DNA of 20,000 nt, taken from the IMG/VR virus record IMGVR_UViG_3300043105_000059. One strand, 5' to 3'. The DNA comes from an uncultured virus (IMG/VR IMGVR_UViG_3300043105_000059) (taxonomy: Duplodnaviria; Heunggongvirae; Uroviricota; Caudoviricetes). The position numbers were made by a program, and so were the translations under genes. The notes under the pieces are model-generated. The model was not told the DNA's origin. It worked only from the letters and a program-made list of their open reading frames with translations, and made no database searches. Of this stretch, positions 15,602-20,000 are shown piece by piece; the first letter of the stretch is position 1; the number at the start of each line of letters is the position of its first letter.

Positions 15602-17164
15602 TTAAAAGTTTTGAAATTCACCACGTAAAATGTTATCTCCTTGAATAATATCATAAGACACTCCATAAGAGTTTCTAGAGAAATTAAATGCACTGTAATC
15701 ACTTGCACCATACAAACTCAATACATTTCTATAATCGAATTTAAAGCAAGAAGAGTAAGCACTTGAATGTAAGTCGCCTTTAATAATGTGAACATTCTTA
15801 CTTTGTTCATTATTATTATCAAGAACTTCATACAAGAAGCCTCTAGACTTATCATCCAAATTAAGAGGAAGACCTCTTTTCATAAATTTCTGATCTTTGC
15901 CATGAGTTAAATAGAAACTATGAACTCCTTCTTCAAATTTACCTAAGAAAGTATCAAACAGTACAGTTTCATACCCAAGAGAATTTAAAGCAGCAAACAA
16001 TGCTTTAGTAGCAACATATTCAAATGCGCCAGTATGATTACCACATCTTACTGAATAAAAGCGAATACATGGAGCTACTTCAAGCTTCTTTAATTGCTCT
16101 ACAAACTTCATCATTACTGAAATATAGACATTAGCTTGTTCAAAACCATCCATATTCTCAGGCATGTAATGATCAAGTCTATTAGTCATATTAGCAGGCC
16201 CACAACAATCCATCATATCACCCATTAAGCAAACATTTAATCTGTCTACTTTACCAAGTGTTTCAAGTCTTGCTGCAACTTGATGAAGTCTGCGATAAAC
16301 TTCATTCATTCCATAATTCTTATTTTCATCATATAATGTACCAGATTCTACTGCTGCACCTACGTGCATATCAGCTAAGTAAAGATTGAGACTTCTACCA
16401 TAAGAAGTTTCTTTCTCAACTGCAGGGCAATCTGGAATATTAAGAACTTTGAATGAAAGATTCTCTTGTTTAGTAAGTTGCTTCTTTAATTCTATATTCT
16501 CTTTAGCATACTTCTTACAAAGATTACTTGTATCTCGTATAGCATCCTCTTCTGCTTTACGCATAAAGTCATTCTCCTTCTCACGACTTTGCATAGCGCG
16601 TAATTCATCAATGCTTAATTCCTCAATCATATGAGGAGGGAATGGAGAACTTGCTTTATAAATACCAAAAGCAGAAAGAATTCTTTTAAAATCAACTAAA
16701 GATAAATCAGGGAAGTGTCGTACAATTTCACGTTGTGTTAGTGATACTCCGTAATATGAATATAATCTATATACAGTAAACATCTCCTCTCTACTAAGTT
16801 TACCAATAAGAGGAGTTTTGTTCTTACGATATATCTTATAAGTATAATACACTATTTTACCATCGGAGTTACGTTCATAACCAACTTCGGTGGCATTTAG
16901 TGATTCTACTTCTTCTACAGAGACCGGTTCTTCTGACTCAATCTTATCATATTGTTCATTCTTATTAACTATAGAATTATATAAGTTAACTACTTCGTTA
17001 TAAGATTCTGTAGAGTGATCCATAGTCCTGCGGTATTCGTGCATACGATCATAGATTGACTGTTTCTTAATATCGTTAGCAGAGCAATATGCAGAAATAG
17101 ACAGACCACTATCTTTAATAGCTTTAAGAGTTTCAATAAATGATAAAATTGTTTTTTCTTTCAT
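15602..17164 (-). CDS. Calcineurin-like metallophosphoesterase with N-terminal HTH-like regions and coiled coil
   Basis: ADMHVG, GDMMD, GNH, THG, GDLH metal-binding motifs; N-terminal GLSISAYC...KQSIYDRM and LTQREIVRHF. Confidence 0.85.
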   Translation of the reverse strand: MKEKTILSFIETLKAIKDSGLSISAYCSANDIKKQSIYDRMHEYRRTMDHSTESYNEVVNLYNSIVNKNEQYDKIESEEPVSVEEVESLNATEVGYERNSDGKIVYYTYKIYRKNKTPLIGKLSREEMFTVYRLYSYYGVSLTQREIVRHFPDLSLVDFKRILSAFGIYKASSPFPPHMIEELSIDELRAMQSREKENDFMRKAEEDAIRDTSNLCKKYAKENIELKKQLTKQENLSFKVLNIPDCPAVEKETSYGRSLNLYLADMHVGAAVESGTLYDENKNYGMNEVYRRLHQVAARLETLGKVDRLNVCLMGDMMDCCGPANMTNRLDHYMPENMDGFEQANVYISVMMKFVEQLKKLEVAPCIRFYSVRCGNHTGAFEYVATKALFAALNSLGYETVLFDTFLGKFEEGVHSFYLTHGKDQKFMKRGLPLNLDDKSRGFLYEVLDNNNEQSKNVHIIKGDLHSSAYSSCFKFDYRNVLSLYGASDYSAFNFSRNSYGVSYDIIQGDNILRGEFQNF

Positions 17165-17238
17165 ATAGTTTATTTATAATTAGGTAGCATTTACGCCGTT
17201 ATAGTATTTCATCTTTTTATTTAGTTTATCTATATACG

Positions 17239-17270
17239 AAAATAGGGCGGAATCTCACGACTCCACCCTA
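17239..17270 (-). terminator. Rho-independent terminator
   Basis: Minus strand TAGGGTGGAGTC-GTGA-GATTCCGCCCTA-TTTT: 12-bp stem with G-U pairs, GNRA loop, about 25 nt after the stop codon. Confidence 0.85.
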
Positions 17271-17295
17271 CTTTATGATTCAATTTACTTTATAA

Positions 17296-17853
17296 TTAGT
17301 TCTCGTTACCAAATACAATCCAACGACCAGACTTAGCTGACTTAGACGGAGTGTACTCGATAGTAAATGCAAGAGGCTCACCCTCAGCTACAACCTTACC
17401 CTTAGTACAAACGAGCTTGCCATGGAAGCCATTAGAAATCAACTCCTTAGCCTTCTGCTTTGCATCAGCCTTAGTAGTATCAACTACTGCAAGAGTCTTA
17501 CCACTTGCGGGGTCGATAATGTTATAAACACTCTTCCACTTACGCTTACCCTGCTCATTCTTAACATCGGTAACAGTCCAAGGACGCTCACGAGTATCCT
17601 TAACAGCAGAATCGAGAGTAATGATATAACCCAAACCCGGAGCACACTTGCCCTTAGCCTGCATATAATCAAGCATAAACTGCTTAACATCCTTCTCGGT
17701 TACTGCACCAGTGAGCTTAGACAAATACTTGCGATATGCCTGAGTAGCATCACCATTAATAATAAACTTCAAATCGGCTGCATTGATTGCCTCTTCCTTA
17801 GTTGCACCTACGATTTCCAATTTCTTAAAAGACATTACTGAATTTGTTGCCAT
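17296..17853 (-). CDS. Unknown basic protein, probably highly expressed (start revised to MATNSV)
   Basis: Distinct codon usage (AAG/GAG/CGT/GGT-rich, higher GC); own promoter and terminator; ATG at 17853 preceded by an AT-rich leader. Confidence 0.8.
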   Translation of the reverse strand: MATNSVMSFKKLEIVGATKEEAINAADLKFIINGDATQAYRKYLSKLTGAVTEKDVKQFMLDYMQAKGKCAPGLGYIITLDSAVKDTRERPWTVTDVKNEQGKRKWKSVYNIIDPASGKTLAVVDTTKADAKQKAKELISNGFHGKLVCTKGKVVAEGEPLAFTIEYTPSKSAKSGRWIVFGNEN

Positions 17854-17933
17854 AATAGTAAATAAATTTAAAACATTAACATTAATCATTCCCATCACTC
17901 ATTGACAGGTTTTGTATCTGATTATTTAACCAG

Positions 17934-17970
17934 CGTGATACAATAATACCCATTATCACGAATTTTCAAA
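17934..17970 (-). promoter_or_regulatory. Putative Bacteroidota sigma-A promoter overlapped by an inverted repeat
   Basis: Minus strand TTTG-N18-TATTATTG (one mismatch to TAnnTTTG); CGTGATA...TATCACG inverted repeat at 17934-17960. Confidence 0.5.
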
Positions 17971-17991
17971 ATCTACTTATGTAAAAATTTG

Positions 17992-18330
17992 TTAAAATGG
18001 TAGCTGGTCACGAAGTAGTTTTGTAATTTGTGCAGGCATGTCTTTTGCTTTCATACCCAAGTCTGGAAACTTTTTACACCCATCAGAAAACCACTCACAA
18101 ACTAAAGAAAGAACCTCTATTAGATTGTCATCAATAGGTTCTCCCTTAGTACACATGCGAATCACTTCGTAATGTGTTATTCCAGGTTTTTTCTGCTTAA
18201 GAGCATTTGTAAGATAACAAATAGTACTAATAAGTCCTATTTTATCTCCTAAATCTTCAGAAGCAGGAATTCCAAAGAATAATTCATGTTTTAGGCGATA
18301 TTGCCAATCTTTATATCTATTCGTATCCAT
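17992..18330 (-). CDS. Hypothetical protein
   Basis: 112-aa ORF overlapping the exonuclease stop. Confidence 0.75.
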   Translation of the reverse strand: MDTNRYKDWQYRLKHELFFGIPASEDLGDKIGLISTICYLTNALKQKKPGITHYEVIRMCTKGEPIDDNLIEVLSLVCEWFSDGCKKFPDLGMKAKDMPAQITKLLRDQLPF

Positions 18331-19360
18331 AAGCTTTATACCAAGCGATTAATTTAAGTAACCAGATAAATTCAACTACCCCAGCTTTATACCAGTGCTT
18401 TTTCATAGAAACAACACTACTATTAAACTTGTCTGTAGTTTCAACTACTAAAAAATTACCACTAACAGAAGGATTTTTCAAATCATACTTATCAGCACCA
18501 AGCTGTAATAACCAAGTATAGAAAGCAATCTCTCTATAATAATGGAAATTCTTAACGGCATAATTAAATCCATCTAAAGGCTTTCCAGTAGTTTTAACAT
18601 CATTAATCACAATAGAATTATTTAATTGATCAATGGTGTAATTATCCAGTTTAGCTTTTAACTTCATAATGAAAGGTTCTACATCAGGTAGATTTACTTC
18701 TACATCTAATAGTATAGTAGTTTCATTATAGCTAGGAAGCTCATTATCTAGAATGTCTTTAGGATGTAACAATTTCTGTATAGCTTTATTAGCTTCTATA
18801 GAACTCATTACATTCTGCAATCTATCTAATGAATTAGCATCCAAATAAATTGGCTTACGAGTATCAGTAGAAGATTGCTCAAATTTAAACCTTTCTTTAA
18901 AATAAGGCTTGATAGTTGCTTTAACTTTGCTTAATTGATTTGCTGTTAAGAAACCATGATAATAATCAACTGTACTAGCAGCATCTCTAATTTTTTCATC
19001 GTCAGGCAATTCTCCAGTTTTACTTGCATATCCCCAAAGTAAATCAGCCATCATTCCTACCTTAGCGGAAGGAGCTTTAACGTCTTCACAAAGGAAAAAG
19101 GTGTCAGGTTGCAAGCTGAGTTCATGCACTGCCGAACCAAAAGCTAAACTAGATGAAAACTTGTTATGTTTTGATAGCCCTTCAAAGAAATCTTTAGGAC
19201 AACCTCCTTGCATTGGGTTAATTAAACCCATTCTTGAGTTACTAATGTAATCTGCATACTCTTTACCAAAATATACAGAATCATCAATATCAGTTATCTT
19301 TAAAGTTTCTACTAAAGGCTTAATAGTTACTTTAGATAACATTTGCTTATTTGGAATCAT
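18317..19360 (-). CDS. PD-(D/E)XK exonuclease (RecE/ExoVIII-like)
   Basis: YISNS, FGSAVH, E...KAKLD...INDVKTT, YYREIAFY motifs. Confidence 0.8.
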   Translation of the reverse strand: MIPNKQMLSKVTIKPLVETLKITDIDDSVYFGKEYADYISNSRMGLINPMQGGCPKDFFEGLSKHNKFSSSLAFGSAVHELSLQPDTFFLCEDVKAPSAKVGMMADLLWGYASKTGELPDDEKIRDAASTVDYYHGFLTANQLSKVKATIKPYFKERFKFEQSSTDTRKPIYLDANSLDRLQNVMSSIEANKAIQKLLHPKDILDNELPSYNETTILLDVEVNLPDVEPFIMKLKAKLDNYTIDQLNNSIVINDVKTTGKPLDGFNYAVKNFHYYREIAFYTWLLQLGADKYDLKNPSVSGNFLVVETTDKFNSSVVSMKKHWYKAGVVEFIWLLKLIAWYKAYGYE

Positions 19361-19875
19361 ATTAACGCTCTAAAGTTAGGTAGTATATCTGCCTTGAATA
19401 ACTCATAGGCATCTTCTATCTCATACTTATCAAGTGAATACACCCTTCCAATAGGCCCCCAATCTTCATTAGATTCAGAATCCATAAGAAGACAGGGAAC
19501 TCCAGCTAAATTCATAGCTATGAAATTAGATACAGAATCGTCTACAAAGACATCAACTCTACCTTTAATTACATCAGCTTTGTTTTTTCGCTGGCTACAT
19601 ATTTGATATACAGGAGCTTCTGGGTAAGAATGCTCTTGTAACCATTGCTTTGTCCACGGTTTCGGATTAACTCGCTTACTGCAATACAAAGCTACATCAA
19701 AATTAGGTTTATGTTTTTCTGGCAAACCTAACCAAAAATCTTTGTCTTTAATCAAAACTCTTTGTACGTGTTTTGTAATTACACTATCACTAGCAGGCAT
19801 ACCAAATCTTTCGATATAGCATCTCCACCAGTAATTACATGTATCATCACAATCTAATCCAATGCGTAACTTCAT
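19357..19875 (-). CDS. HAD-superfamily 5'(3')-deoxyribonucleotidase-like phosphatase
   Basis: IGLDCDDT (DxD motif I), K...VDVFVDDS (motif IV). Confidence 0.75.
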   Translation of the reverse strand: MKLRIGLDCDDTCNYWWRCYIERFGMPASDSVITKHVQRVLIKDKDFWLGLPEKHKPNFDVALYCSKRVNPKPWTKQWLQEHSYPEAPVYQICSQRKNKADVIKGRVDVFVDDSVSNFIAMNLAGVPCLLMDSESNEDWGPIGRVYSLDKYEIEDAYELFKADILPNFRALI

Positions 19876-19892
19876 AATTTCGTCTACAATGG

Positions 19893-20000
19893 CTAATTAA
19901 CTTCTATAACTTTAAAATTCTTATTAATATCAGTTTCTACTTCTTTATCGTATGGATATACGTAAAAAGCGTGCTGCAAATCTTCCCAACAGGATTCATA
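19893..20000 (-). CDS. 3' end of a truncated upstream gene (...YESCWEDLQHAFYVYPYDKEVETDINKNFKVIEVN)
   Basis: Open frame from the window edge to TAG at 19893. Confidence 0.55.
   Translation of the reverse strand, partial: YESCWEDLQHAFYVYPYDKEVETDINKNFKVIEVN

Noticed and set aside
6025..16634. Short plus-strand and nested ORFs in the track (6025, 6286, 8538, 9098, 10756, 11260, 11898, 11968, 12481, 12940, 14134, 15203, 16449; likewise 889-1098)
   Set aside because: All lie within or antisense to well-supported minus-strand genes and have atypical composition
17422..17841. 139-aa plus-strand ORF (and the 17484-17690 alternative frame)
   Set aside because: Shadow of a codon-biased minus-strand gene; no recognisable motifs
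19872..20000. Possible TAG-to-Gln recoding: reading through two TAGs would extend the edge ORF to a TGA overlapping the next ATG
   Set aside because: TAG looks like a true stop elsewhere (the helicase ends at its natural C-terminus at 8088; also 5648 and 18317), and none of the long genes is broken by in-frame TAG. Recoding elsewhere in the genome cannot be excluded.
1..20000. CRISPR array, complete tRNA genes, DGR or reverse transcriptase, integrase
   Set aside because: No regularly spaced direct repeats, complete cloverleaf, or RT/recombinase motifs seen by eye

Overview
AT-rich, tightly packed, all-minus-strand bacteriophage DNA replication/repair and nucleotide-metabolism module. Gene content, lack of obvious Shine-Dalgarno sites and a Bacteroidota-type promoter suggest a crAss-like (Crassvirales) phage; this is inference, no search was run. 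In transcription order (right to left): HAD nucleotidase, PD-(D/E)XK exonuclease, a probably highly expressed unknown protein with its own promoter and terminator, HTH-fused metallophosphoesterase, DUF932-like protein, class III ribonucleotide reductase nrdD/nrdG, Dda/RecD-like helicase, many small hypothetical genes (several in paralogous pairs), dUTPase, ATP-dependent DNA ligase and an Rnl2/DraRnl-type RNA ligase. Two self-splicing elements interrupt catalytic motifs. (1) A group I intron (3976-5067) splits dut. Its zinc-finger HNH endonuclease ORF starts in the P1 loop and reads through the 16-nt internal guide sequence and the whole ribozyme core. (2) A 298-aa LAGLIDADG intein in NrdD has both Cys1 and a class-3-like W-C-T signature.
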